NCBI GenBank assembly: GCA_964291295.2
Contig: OZ219754.1
Location: 1,248,001-1,312,000 of the forward strand
Origin: an uncultured Candidatus Binatia bacterium
GTDB taxonomy: Bacteria; Desulfobacterota; Binatia; UBA9968; JAJDTQ01
Direction of reading: 5' to 3'
DNA length: 64,000 bases
Below the pieces are notes generated by a model. The model did no database searches. It saw only the letters and a program-made list of their open reading frames with translations, and was not told the origin of the DNA. Each line of letters starts with the position of its first letter. The stretch's first letter is position 1. Position numbers and translations under genes: made by a program. Of the stretch, positions 50,681 through 64,000 are shown piece by piece.

Positions 50681-50849
50681 TGTGACATCCGGAGCGGCAG
50701 GCTTCCGCACCGCCGGGTGCGGCTTGACGAACCGCGGCTGGTGGAATAGATCACTCACATGATGGGGATACCCATCGGCCCGCCCGGGTTGCGCGGGACC
50801 GGTGGCCGTGAAGGGCGGGAGGTCGGCCGAAAACGGCCTGGAGGAACGA

Positions 50850-51509
50850 ATGGTGCGAGCCGGACGAACGATACGCGGACTTTTCGGTGGGGTTGTCGTC
50901 TGCACCCTTCTGATGGCAGGTCTTTCGGGCTGTTGGCGGCCCTCGGGCATCGGGGTGGGGGGCAAGTACAACGACGCGCTGAACGAGATGGGCAAGACCC
51001 TGCGTGGCGGGCAGGCCAGGAAGGCCATTGTCGACTTGCAGTATGTGGTCAGCAGGAACCCCCGGTACAAGGACAGCCTGACACAGCTCGGGCGCGCCTA
51101 CTATTACGCGGGCCGGTACGGTGACGCTTTCGACGTAGTGAAGCGGGGCTTGGCGCTGAACAGGGACGACGAGATCGGGTGGCTGGTTCTCGGGCTCACT
51201 CAGATGCAGCGCGGCGACGATGAGGGCGGACTTGCGAGCTTCAAGGGCGGCCTGACCCTGCTGGCCAAGGCCACGCGGGAAGGCTACAGGGACATACCGG
51301 ACGAGTTCTGGGACACCCGGGGGGTGGTACGCAGAGCCTTGCGCCGGAGCATCTCGCTGGCGCGCAAGGGTGTCGGCGAAAAACGCCGAATCATTCAGGC
51401 GGGTGAACTATTGCTCCACCGCGTCGACCGCGAACTCTATGACGCCGAACAGCTTCAGAGCCACAGCGAGTATCTGGACAGCCGGCGCGACCGGGAAAAG
51501 GACAATTAG
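50850..51509 (+). CDS. TPR-repeat lipoprotein
   Basis: Lipobox LSGC, TPR helices (LGRAYYYAGRYGDA, WLVLGLTQ); GAGG RBS. Confidence 0.8.
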   Translation: MVRAGRTIRGLFGGVVVCTLLMAGLSGCWRPSGIGVGGKYNDALNEMGKTLRGGQARKAIVDLQYVVSRNPRYKDSLTQLGRAYYYAGRYGDAFDVVKRGLALNRDDEIGWLVLGLTQMQRGDDEGGLASFKGGLTLLAKATREGYRDIPDEFWDTRGVVRRALRRSISLARKGVGEKRRIIQAGELLLHRVDRELYDAEQLQSHSEYLDSRRDREKDN

Positions 51510-51955
51510 TTCCTGATCCCGGGCCCGCTCCGTTCGACGAGGAGATGGAGGGCCGCGCCCTGTTCGCGCAGCAGGGCGCTCTGTTCGCGCAGAGCGGCGC
51601 CTTGCTCACGAAGCGCCTCGCCTTGCTCACGAAGCGCCTCGCCTTGCCGTTCCAATGCCAGAAGGTTGGCATTCAGCACTTTCATGGTCTCCTCATGGTT
51701 GGCCATGTATTGCTCATGGTTGGCCATGAATTCCGCGTGGCGGCGTTCTTGGGCGGCGACGACTTCGGCGTTCTGCATGTCCCTGCGCTGCATTCCCCGG
51801 TGCATGATCCATAGACCGGAGCCGATGAGCAGACACTGAGCGGTGCCGACACCGGCACTGATCCACAGCCCGGCATACTGATAGGACAGCGCCGTGGCCT
51901 GATAGGCCAGTACCGCGGACTGGTAAGCCAGCGTTGCGGTCTCGAATTCCGTCAT
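51506..51955 (-). CDS. Hypothetical TM + heptad-repeat coiled-coil protein
   Basis: MTEFETATLAY.., TM helix, 21-bp repeats encoding MANHEQY/MANHEET and about five REQGEAL-type heptads. Confidence 0.7.
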   Translation of the reverse strand: MTEFETATLAYQSAVLAYQATALSYQYAGLWISAGVGTAQCLLIGSGLWIMHRGMQRRDMQNAEVVAAQERRHAEFMANHEQYMANHEETMKVLNANLLALERQGEALREQGEALREQGAALREQSALLREQGAALHLLVERSGPGIRN

Positions 51956-52090
51956 GATGCGAGCCTTCGCCCTGGTCCCACAACCCGTGCTCCGCCAAGA
52001 TACACTATCGTACATATCGGCAAAAAGCGGAGGCCCTTTAGGTGCCGGAGAAAAATACTAGTTGCCGGGAGGGCCGATTGCAAGATTCGA

Positions 52091-52864
52091 TCACCGGTCC
52101 GGTGGCAACCCGGCCCCCGGACGGCGTTGGAGAAAATGGGGCCTCAGGCTGCCATCCCGCAGCTTGGCGGCGGTTGCCTGCAGCCGCTCCGGCGTACCCA
52201 GGTCGTGCCAGTCGCCGTTGAAGGGGAATCCGCAGAGGGGCTCCTCGCCTGTCAGCATCCGTGGGTACGTCGTGTGCGTGATGCTGAAGGGCTCCGTACC
52301 GTCCATGTACCGGAAGATCCGGGGTTCCACCACATGGACTCCGGTGAACATGTACTGTTCCAGAGGGCCGGCCGGGTGGCCCGGGGCTTCGTGCCGGAGC
52401 AGCCTTCGTATCGTTCCTCTCGCATCCGTCCAGATGGAACCGTAGACAATGGCCCGCGGGTCCTTGCGCAGGACCAGGGTCACCGCCGCCGCGCGCTCGC
52501 GATGAAACCGCAGCACCTGGTCCAGCCGCAGGTCTATCAGCACGTCGCTGTTCATGATCACGAAAGTTTCCCGGCACAGGAACCGCTTGGCGCCCAGCAG
52601 GCCGCCGCCCGTATCCAGCAGCACCGGCTCGCGGGACCAGGCGATGTCGAGGCCAAGGCGGGAGCCGTCTCCCAGATATGCTTCGACCCGCTCGGCATGA
52701 TGGTGGACGTTCACCACGATCTCGCGGATTCCGTAGTGGCGCAACAGCAGCAGCGGGTAGTCGATCATCGGCCTGCCGTTCACCGGCACGAGGCACTTGG
52801 GCAAGGTGTCGGTCAACGGGCGGAGCCGGGTTCCCAGACCGGCGGCGAAGAGCATCGCCTTCAA
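52091..52864 (-). CDS. murU: Nucleotidyltransferase (MurNAc-1P uridylyltransferase MurU-like)
   Basis: KAMLFAAGLGTRLRPLTDTLPK, LDTGGG, WHDLGTPE; start overlaps the amgK stop. Confidence 0.82.
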   Translation of the reverse strand: MKAMLFAAGLGTRLRPLTDTLPKCLVPVNGRPMIDYPLLLLRHYGIREIVVNVHHHAERVEAYLGDGSRLGLDIAWSREPVLLDTGGGLLGAKRFLCRETFVIMNSDVLIDLRLDQVLRFHRERAAAVTLVLRKDPRAIVYGSIWTDARGTIRRLLRHEAPGHPAGPLEQYMFTGVHVVEPRIFRYMDGTEPFSITHTTYPRMLTGEEPLCGFPFNGDWHDLGTPERLQATAAKLRDGSLRPHFLQRRPGAGLPPDR

Positions 52865-53952
52865 GGGATCTCCTCGAAGTGTGCCGCCAGGACCGGCGCC
52901 AGGTGATGGAACCCCGGCGTCCGGCCGAGGTTCCTCCCGATGCGTCTCAACGTGGGGGCGATGTGCCGCGTGTAGGCGGGCTTTCCCTTCACCCGGTCGA
53001 GAAACCGGAAACGGCCCACGACCTTGAAGTCCCGTTGCAGCGCGGACAGCAGGTAGGTCTCCCGGAATTCGTCCCGGGACACCTCGGGCGCCCGCCATTC
53101 CTTCAGGCGCCAAAGATAATAGTCGACGAGCGCGTCTTCCACCTCGGGTGTCACCACCCGGTCCGTCTCCCGGTCGTTCAACAGCGACGCCAGATCGTAC
53201 GGAGCTGGCGCCATCAGCGCATCCTGGAAGTCGATGACCGCGATGGCATCGTCGCACACCATCAGGTTCCAGCTGTGGTAGTCCCGGTGACTGAGCACCC
53301 GCGGCTGCCCGGAAAGATGCCCGGCGATGTTCTCGAAAGCCTTGTCCAGGAGTCCCCGTTCCGCCGCCGGCAGGCTCCCCTTGTTGCCCGCCTCCAGCCC
53401 GTGCTCGATGAAGTGGGCGAACTCCCGGAGATAAAGCCGGCGGTCGAAGGCCTGGTGGAACGCCACGCAGTGGTCGTCCCGGGCCCGGGTTCCGCCAACC
53501 TGCAACACCAGCAGTTCGTCGATGGCCTTGCGGTACCAGCGGATCACTTCCGCTGCCGGTGCCTGCCGCACTTGGTCCCAGAGGCAGAGACCGCCCAGAT
53601 CCTCGAGCAGTATCAGTCCCTGCTCCACCCAGTGGCCGTAGACCGCCGGCACCCTCACCCCGATTGCCTTCAGGAAGCGGTGCACGTTCAGGAACGGCAA
53701 CTCCTCCGGAGGCTTCCCGAACACCGCCAGCTCCTCCGACGCCAGCGGCAGGCCCGGGTCGTTCCAGTGCATCACGATGGCCGAACCCGGCCCTGCCGGC
53801 CCTTTGATGGCGGCCCGGAAATAGCGCCGGGACGAGGCGTCTCCCGCCAGCGCCGCCAGCGCCGTCACCCGCGTGTCCGCGCCGAACACCTCCGCCACCT
53901 TCACCGCCACCGTCTCACCGATCTCCTCCATGGGTTCCATGATGTAGTCCAT
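52861..53952 (-). CDS. amgK: Anomeric MurNAc/GlcNAc kinase AmgK-like phosphotransferase
   Basis: LAGDASSRRYFR, LEDLG, HRDYHSWNLM, IDFQDA, YDLASLL, LQRDFKVVG. Confidence 0.85.
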   Translation of the reverse strand: MDYIMEPMEEIGETVAVKVAEVFGADTRVTALAALAGDASSRRYFRAAIKGPAGPGSAIVMHWNDPGLPLASEELAVFGKPPEELPFLNVHRFLKAIGVRVPAVYGHWVEQGLILLEDLGGLCLWDQVRQAPAAEVIRWYRKAIDELLVLQVGGTRARDDHCVAFHQAFDRRLYLREFAHFIEHGLEAGNKGSLPAAERGLLDKAFENIAGHLSGQPRVLSHRDYHSWNLMVCDDAIAVIDFQDALMAPAPYDLASLLNDRETDRVVTPEVEDALVDYYLWRLKEWRAPEVSRDEFRETYLLSALQRDFKVVGRFRFLDRVKGKPAYTRHIAPTLRRIGRNLGRTPGFHHLAPVLAAHFEEIP

Positions 53953-54041
53953 CGCCTTGCCGAATTCCAGGAACCTGGCGTTCCCGGCCGAGCCCGCGCG
54001 GCCCGCTTCCTCGCCTCGCGGAAATGTGTTAGTCCCCCTCC

Positions 54042-54899
54042 ATGCCTTTCCGAGTCGGCATGGCGCAGATCAACCCGAAGCTGGGCGACATTGAGGCGAA
54101 CATGGCCCTCTACGAGGCCCGTGTGCGCCAGGCGGCGGGCCAGGACGTGGACCTGCTGGTCTTCCCGGAGTTGAGCCTCACCGGATATTTCCTGCGGGAC
54201 ATGGTGCCCGACGTGGCGGTGCGGCTGTCGAGTCCGGAGATGGAGCGGCTCAAGGCGCTGAGCCGGAATGTGCCGCTGGTGGCCGGACTGGTGCTGGAGA
54301 GCCGCGACCACCGTTTTTACAACGCCGCGGTGTACCTGGAGGACGGCGACGTCGGTCATATCCACCGCAAGGTGTATCTCCCCACCTACGGCATGTTCGA
54401 TGAGCAGCGCTATTTCGCCCGGGGCGACCGCCTGAGGGCGTTCGACACCCGGTACGGCCGGCTCGCGCTGCTCATCTGCGAGGACCTCTGGCATCCATCC
54501 ACCGTCTACCTGGCGGCGCTGGACGGGGCGCTTGCCGTTCTTTGCCCGTCTTCCAGCCCGCTGCGCGGCGTCAGCGACGGCGTCGATCAGGACGATAACG
54601 CCCGTTACTGGGAGCTCATCACCCGGAGTTATGCCGAGACTTACGGTCTCTTCATCATCCACGCCAATCGAGTCGGCTTCGAGGACGGGGTCGGCTTCTG
54701 GGGCGGCTCCCGCGTCCTGGACCCCTTCGGCCGCACGGTGTGCAAGGCGGACTACTACGACGAGGCGTTCGTGGCCGGGGACGTGTCTCACGAGGTGGTG
54801 CGGCGAAAACGCACCCGTGCGCCGTTGATACGCGACGAGGACATGGATCTTACCCTCCGCGAGCTGGATCGCATTCGTCGCGGGCCGACCGGCCGATGA
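54042..54899 (+). CDS. Carbon-nitrogen hydrolase, probable glutaminase subunit of NAD synthetase
   Basis: E-K-C triad: [28 protein letters not shown]; coupled to nadE. Confidence 0.9.
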   Translation: MPFRVGMAQINPKLGDIEANMALYEARVRQAAGQDVDLLVFPELSLTGYFLRDMVPDVAVRLSSPEMERLKALSRNVPLVAGLVLESRDHRFYNAAVYLEDGDVGHIHRKVYLPTYGMFDEQRYFARGDRLRAFDTRYGRLALLICEDLWHPSTVYLAALDGALAVLCPSSSPLRGVSDGVDQDDNARYWELITRSYAETYGLFIIHANRVGFEDGVGFWGGSRVLDPFGRTVCKADYYDEAFVAGDVSHEVVRRKRTRAPLIRDEDMDLTLRELDRIRRGPTGR

Positions 54900-55711
54900 T
54901 CTCCACCAACGTGCCACTGATGCGCCGGATCCTGGTGGCGTTCATCCGGAACGAGGTGCGCAAGGTGGGCCTCGAACGGGTGGTGGTGGGCCTCTCCGGC
55001 GGCGTGGATTCGAGCCTGAGCGCCATGCTGGCGGCCGAGGCCCTGGGCCGGGACCGTGTGCTGGGCATCATGATGCCCTACCGGACCTCCAGCGCCGAGA
55101 GCCTGGAGCACGCCCGGCTGGTGGTGCGGAAGAGCGGTATCCGTTCCGCCACGGTGGAGATCACGCCCCAGATCGACGCCTATTTCGCCGCGTTCCCCGA
55201 TGCCGACCCCAGGCGCCGGGGCAACAAGATGGCCCGGGAACGCATGACCATCCTCTACGACCACTCCGCGCGCTGGGACGCCCTGGTGGCGGGCACCAGC
55301 AACAAGACCGAGCTTCTGCTGGGCTACGGCACCCTGCACGGCGACATGGCCTCCGCGCTGAACCCCCTGGGCGATCTGTACAAGACCCAGGTGTGGGCCT
55401 TGAGCGAGGCCGTCGGTGTACCCGACGAGGTGGTCCGGAAGAAGCCGTCGGCGGATCTCTGGGAAGGGCAGACCGACGAGGCCGAACTGGGCTTCAGCTA
55501 CCGCAAGGTGGACGAACTGCTCTACCTGATGGTGGATCAGCGTTACCGCCGGGCCGAGCTCATCGAGGCGGGCTTTACCCCGGAGTTCGTCGACGACATC
55601 GCCCGGCGCATCAGGACCTCCCAGTTCAAGCGCCGCCTTCCGGTCATCGCCAAGGTGTCGCACCGCACCATCGACCGCGACTTCCGCTATTCCCGGGACT
55701 GGGGCCGGTAG
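54896..55711 (+). CDS. nadE: NAD+ synthetase (synthetase domain only)
   Basis: [44 protein letters not shown]. Confidence 0.95.
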   Translation: MISTNVPLMRRILVAFIRNEVRKVGLERVVVGLSGGVDSSLSAMLAAEALGRDRVLGIMMPYRTSSAESLEHARLVVRKSGIRSATVEITPQIDAYFAAFPDADPRRRGNKMARERMTILYDHSARWDALVAGTSNKTELLLGYGTLHGDMASALNPLGDLYKTQVWALSEAVGVPDEVVRKKPSADLWEGQTDEAELGFSYRKVDELLYLMVDQRYRRAELIEAGFTPEFVDDIARRIRTSQFKRRLPVIAKVSHRTIDRDFRYSRDWGR

Positions 55712-55773
55712 GCCCGCCCGGCGGCGGGCGGACGACCGGACCGCGCCCGCGCCCCGTCCTCATCACCCTGTCC

Positions 55774-56598
55774 TCATGGCCGTTCGGCGACTTCAAGCAC
55801 GAGCTTGTAGATGTCCCGTTTTGCCAGGGGAGAGGTCTGCGCCATGAGCCGGGCCACGTCGCTGACCTTTCGGCCCTCCCGCAGGAGCTTCCCGATCTCG
55901 TCCCGCAACACGGCCTCGCTCATCGGCGGCGCGTCGCCGGCGCCTTCCACCACGATCACGAACTCGCCGCGCGGCTCGTTCTCGCCGATCTCCCCGGCCA
56001 GTCGCGACAGCGTCCCGCGCAGCAGCTCTTCGTGTACCTTGGTCAGTTCCCGACCCACCACCGCGGCGCGGTCTCCCAGGACCGCGTGCATGTCGGCCAG
56101 GGATTCCCGGAGCCGGTGCGGCGCCTCGTAGAACACCACCGTGCGGTCGTCGTCCCGGAGCCGCCGCAGCGTCTCCCGCCGCCGGCTCCGCCTGGCTGGC
56201 AGGAAACCCTGGAACACGAACCGGTCGGTGGCGAGCCCGCATATGCTCAAGGCGGCTGTGGCCGCGGTGGCACCGGGAACCGGCGCGATGCGCACGCCGG
56301 CCGCGGCCGCCGCCCGGATCAGGTGGTAGCCCGGATCCGAGATCGTCGGAGTTCCCGCGTCCGACACCAGCGCGATGTCCTCGCCGGCCTCCAGCCGCCG
56401 CACCAGCGCCGCGGTCCGGGTCCGTTCGTTGCGGTCGTGATAGCGGGTCAGCGGGGTGCGGATGGCGTGCCGGGCCAGCAACTTGCGGGTGTGGCGGGTG
56501 TCTTCCGCGGCGATGAGGTCCACCTCCCGCAGCACGCGCACCGCGCGCAGGGTGATGTCCTCAAGGTTGCCGATGGGTGTGGCGACGACATAGAGCAT
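55774..56598 (-). CDS. rsmI: 16S rRNA C1402 2'-O-methyltransferase
   Basis: LYVVATPIGNLEDIT, AEDTR, VSDAGTP, FYEAPHR, RELTKVHEE. Confidence 0.96.
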   Translation of the reverse strand: MLYVVATPIGNLEDITLRAVRVLREVDLIAAEDTRHTRKLLARHAIRTPLTRYHDRNERTRTAALVRRLEAGEDIALVSDAGTPTISDPGYHLIRAAAAAGVRIAPVPGATAATAALSICGLATDRFVFQGFLPARRSRRRETLRRLRDDDRTVVFYEAPHRLRESLADMHAVLGDRAAVVGRELTKVHEELLRGTLSRLAGEIGENEPRGEFVIVVEGAGDAPPMSEAVLRDEIGKLLREGRKVSDVARLMAQTSPLAKRDIYKLVLEVAERP

Positions 56599-56638
56599 TC
56601 GTCCAACCGGAATTCCTTCCACTCCCGGGCGGGTGGGA

Positions 56639-58708
<2,070 letters not shown>

Positions 58709-58917
58709 TCATCCCTGCCGGCAAACCGGGTGTGCCGACAGGAAGGCCCGTGCAATGGCTCTCACGTACACTCCGCCAGGGTCCGCAGACATGGCCCGGA
58801 AACCCGGGATGTTGCCGGCGCGGTGCGCTCCCGCCTCCGCGTCACCGTCCTGGAACGTTGACCGGTCCCGCCGCCTGTGGTAGTCAGATTCCGACAGTCC
58901 CATCCTGGAATTCCGAC

Positions 58918-58987
58918 AATTCTGACCGGACGTTCCTGACCTGATAATTCTGACCGTACAATTCTGACCGTACAAACCTGACATCTC
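58918..58987 (+). repeat. Five degenerate 14-bp tandem units (AATTCTGACCGTAC consensus)
   Basis: AATTCTGACCGGAC / GTTCCTGACCTGAT / AATTCTGACCGTAC / AATTCTGACCGTAC / AAACCTGACATCTC; flanked by CCATCCTGGAA at 58900-58910 and 58987-58997. Confidence 0.85.
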
Positions 58988-59003
58988 CATCCTGGAAAAT
59001 ACC

Positions 59004-60725
59004 ATGCGCCATCTTCTCCGGGGAATCGTCTGTGTACTGTTTCTCACGGGTTGCGGTCCCGTGGCGACGGTCCCCGGGCTTTCGTCCGGTGTTCGCGGCG
59101 GTGAGAAGACAGTGGCGGTGCCGCCGGAAGCCCGGGCCATGTACCACTATCTGCGGGCCCGGCTGGAACTGCTCGGCGGCGATTCCCGGGCGGCCCACGA
59201 ACACTACCAGGCGGCTGCCGAACACGATCCGTCCAGCGTTTTCATCCGCTTGCGCCTGGCCAGGTCTCATCTCCGCCACGGCGAGATCGACGCCGCCCTG
59301 GGCGAGGCGGAGGCCGCGGTTCGGCTCGATGGCGAGGACCGGGAGAGCCGCCGGCTGCTGGCGGCTCTCAACAGCGCCGCGGGAAAGGTATCGGAGGGGG
59401 TCCGGGAGTACCGGAAGCTGCTGGAAGCCCACCCGGAGGACGCTCCGGCGCTGCTTTATCTGGGTGCGCTCTATCTCGACCAGAAGCGCTACGAGCTTGC
59501 GCGGGAGCAACTGGAGCGGTATGCGAGGCGCAATCCCGGATCGCCGCGGGGTCACTACTACCTGGGCCGCATCCTGGCCGAGTCCGGGAAGCTGGCGGAA
59601 GCGGAAAAGAGCTACGAGGTCGCCCTCGGGCTGCATCCATCGTCCGCACGGGTGTTGACGGAACTGGCACTGGTCCGGGAGTTTCGCGGCCGCCGCCACT
59701 CCGCGCTGGCGACGTACGAGAAGCTGCTCGAGATCGATCCGCGCAGCGCATGGGCCGGGCCGCGCGTCGAGATCCTTCGCTCCGGCGGCCGGGACCTGGC
59801 GGGCGCGCGCGCCGAGTTCGATCGCCTGCGCTGGCGGGAAGCGGCACCGGGCGCGGTCCGGACGACCATGGCTTTGGTCCACTACGAACTCGGCAACCTG
59901 GAGGAGGCGTTGACGGAGTTCAATCTGGTTATTGCGGAAAGGCCCGAAGACCATCGTGCGCGGTTCTTTCTCGGTCTTGCCTACAGCCGTCTGCAGGACT
60001 CCAGGGGGGCGGTGGCGCAGTTCCGGCGCGTCCCCGCGGACAGCGAGTACTTCGTCGATGCCCGAGTGCAGCTCGCCTCGCTCTACGAGCGGCAGGAGAA
60101 GTTTTCCGAGGCTGCGGCCGCGGTCCAGGCGGCCCTCGAACAGGACGACGAGCGGCGCAAGGAGTTGTTGCATCTTCTTGCCGAAATCCACCGCGCGGCC
60201 AAGGACTACCCCAACGCCATCAAGGCCATGCGTACCGTGGTGGATCTGGATCCGGAAAGCGACCGGGCGCACTTTGCGCTGGGAGCGCTCTACGACGAGA
60301 GCAAGGACAAGGACAAGACCATCGAGTACATGAAGAAGGCCATCGAGTTGAATCCGGACTATGCGGCGGCATTGAACTACCTGGGTTACACCTACGCCGA
60401 CATGGGTGTGGAACTCGACCAGGCCGAGCGGCTCATCATCCGCGCACTGGAGATCGCGCCCAACGACGGCTTCTATATCGACAGCCTGGGCTGGGTGTAT
60501 TACCAGAAGGGCGACTACCCGCGGGCCATCGAACAGTTGGAGAACGCGGTCCGCCTGGTGGTGGACGACCCCGTCATCATCGAGCACCTGGGCGACGCCT
60601 ACCTCAAGGACGGCAGGCCGGTCAAGGCGCTGGAGAGCTATCGCGGCGCGCTGAAGGCGGCCAGCGAGGACGAGCAGGTGGAGCGGCTCCGATCGAAGAT
60701 CGCGGATCTCGAACAAGGGATATGA
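59004..60725 (+). CDS. TPR-repeat lipoprotein (PA4667-like)
   Basis: Lipobox LTGC, many TPRs, ALNYLGYTYAD, YIDSLGWVYY, EHLGDAY. Confidence 0.92.
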   Translation: MRHLLRGIVCVLFLTGCGPVATVPGLSSGVRGGEKTVAVPPEARAMYHYLRARLELLGGDSRAAHEHYQAAAEHDPSSVFIRLRLARSHLRHGEIDAALGEAEAAVRLDGEDRESRRLLAALNSAAGKVSEGVREYRKLLEAHPEDAPALLYLGALYLDQKRYELAREQLERYARRNPGSPRGHYYLGRILAESGKLAEAEKSYEVALGLHPSSARVLTELALVREFRGRRHSALATYEKLLEIDPRSAWAGPRVEILRSGGRDLAGARAEFDRLRWREAAPGAVRTTMALVHYELGNLEEALTEFNLVIAERPEDHRARFFLGLAYSRLQDSRGAVAQFRRVPADSEYFVDARVQLASLYERQEKFSEAAAAVQAALEQDDERRKELLHLLAEIHRAAKDYPNAIKAMRTVVDLDPESDRAHFALGALYDESKDKDKTIEYMKKAIELNPDYAAALNYLGYTYADMGVELDQAERLIIRALEIAPNDGFYIDSLGWVYYQKGDYPRAIEQLENAVRLVVDDPVIIEHLGDAYLKDGRPVKALESYRGALKAASEDEQVERLRSKIADLEQGI

Positions 60726-61481
60726 TGGAGTTGCGGCAAGAGCGAACCATGACAATGGCGGCGGTTGTCGGGCTGTGCGTTGCCGCCCTGCTGGCGGGTT
60801 GCTCGCTCCCGGAGCCGGCGCCGGCGCCGACTCCGAACCTCCGCCTTCCGCTGCTGCTCGCGGATCGGAACGAGTCGTTCCAGTCCCTGCGCAGCCTGGC
60901 CCGGATCCGCTACCGGACGCACGGGGAGAGGGGCTCGTTCTCCGCCGCGGTGCTGGTGCGCAGGCCCCATCGGCTGCGGCTGGAAGCGTTCTCCGTGGTC
61001 GGCGCGGCGCTGATACTCACGGCCGATGATGTCATGGTCACCGGGTTCCGCCCCTCCGAGGCGCAGTTCTATCGCGCCAGGACGTCCCGGATGAATCTGT
61101 TCCGCGCGACCCGGTTGTTGCTGGAGCTGGACGAACTGTCAGCCTTGATGATGGGCCTTCCGCCGGTGGATTCGACGGCCGCCTGGGACCTCGGAGCACG
61201 GGAGTTGCGGCGCGTCCGCGCCGACGGCAGCACCGACGTTCTCACCTTCGGCCCGGACGAGGCCGCTCCGGTCCGCTGGCAGCACCTGGGCCCGTCGGGC
61301 GAGCCTTGGTACATCGCCACCTTCGAGGATTTCTTCGATGCTCCGGCCGGACGCTTCCCGCTGAGGATCCGGTTGGAGACCCCGCCGCTTCAACGCTCCT
61401 ACGAGATCCGCTACGACAACCCGGAGATCAACATCACCCTGCCCGAGTCCCACTTCGTCCAGGATCTGCCCGAGGGCGCCG

Positions 61482-64000
<2,519 letters not shown>

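Overview
High-GC bacterial chromosomal window, roughly 68-70% GC by eye. Gene style suggests a Deltaproteobacteria/Binatia-like, possibly sponge-associated organism (inference only). The left half is accessory and metabolic: a partial SNF2 helicase, a 2OG-Fe(II) oxygenase, a DsbA/FrnE-type selenoprotein with an in-frame UGA and SECIS-like hairpin that the ORF track missed, an EndoQ-UvrD fusion, a catabolic cluster, a decayed ISAs1/DUF4338 element, an RTX protein with poly-G tracts, prpE and a flavoprotein/ferredoxin pair. The right half is mostly housekeeping: pilM-pilN-pilO/P, priA-def-fmt-rsmB-tRNA-Pro, amgK-murU, split nadE, rsmI, ligA, TPR-lolB-like and a yejE-yejF fusion. The most striking structure is at 45.9-50.7 kb. 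An intact tyrosine recombinase gene lies beside two head-to-head, inverted copies of an outer-membrane beta-barrel gene. The copies share their RBS and a near-identical ~700 bp 5' half but differ in predicted surface loops. Between them is a 403-bp spacer in which I found only one sigma70-like promoter. This is a candidate invertible-promoter switch between two porin alleles. Short tandem duplications recur in intergenic DNA, including a 20-bp array made of degenerate copies of the def start.
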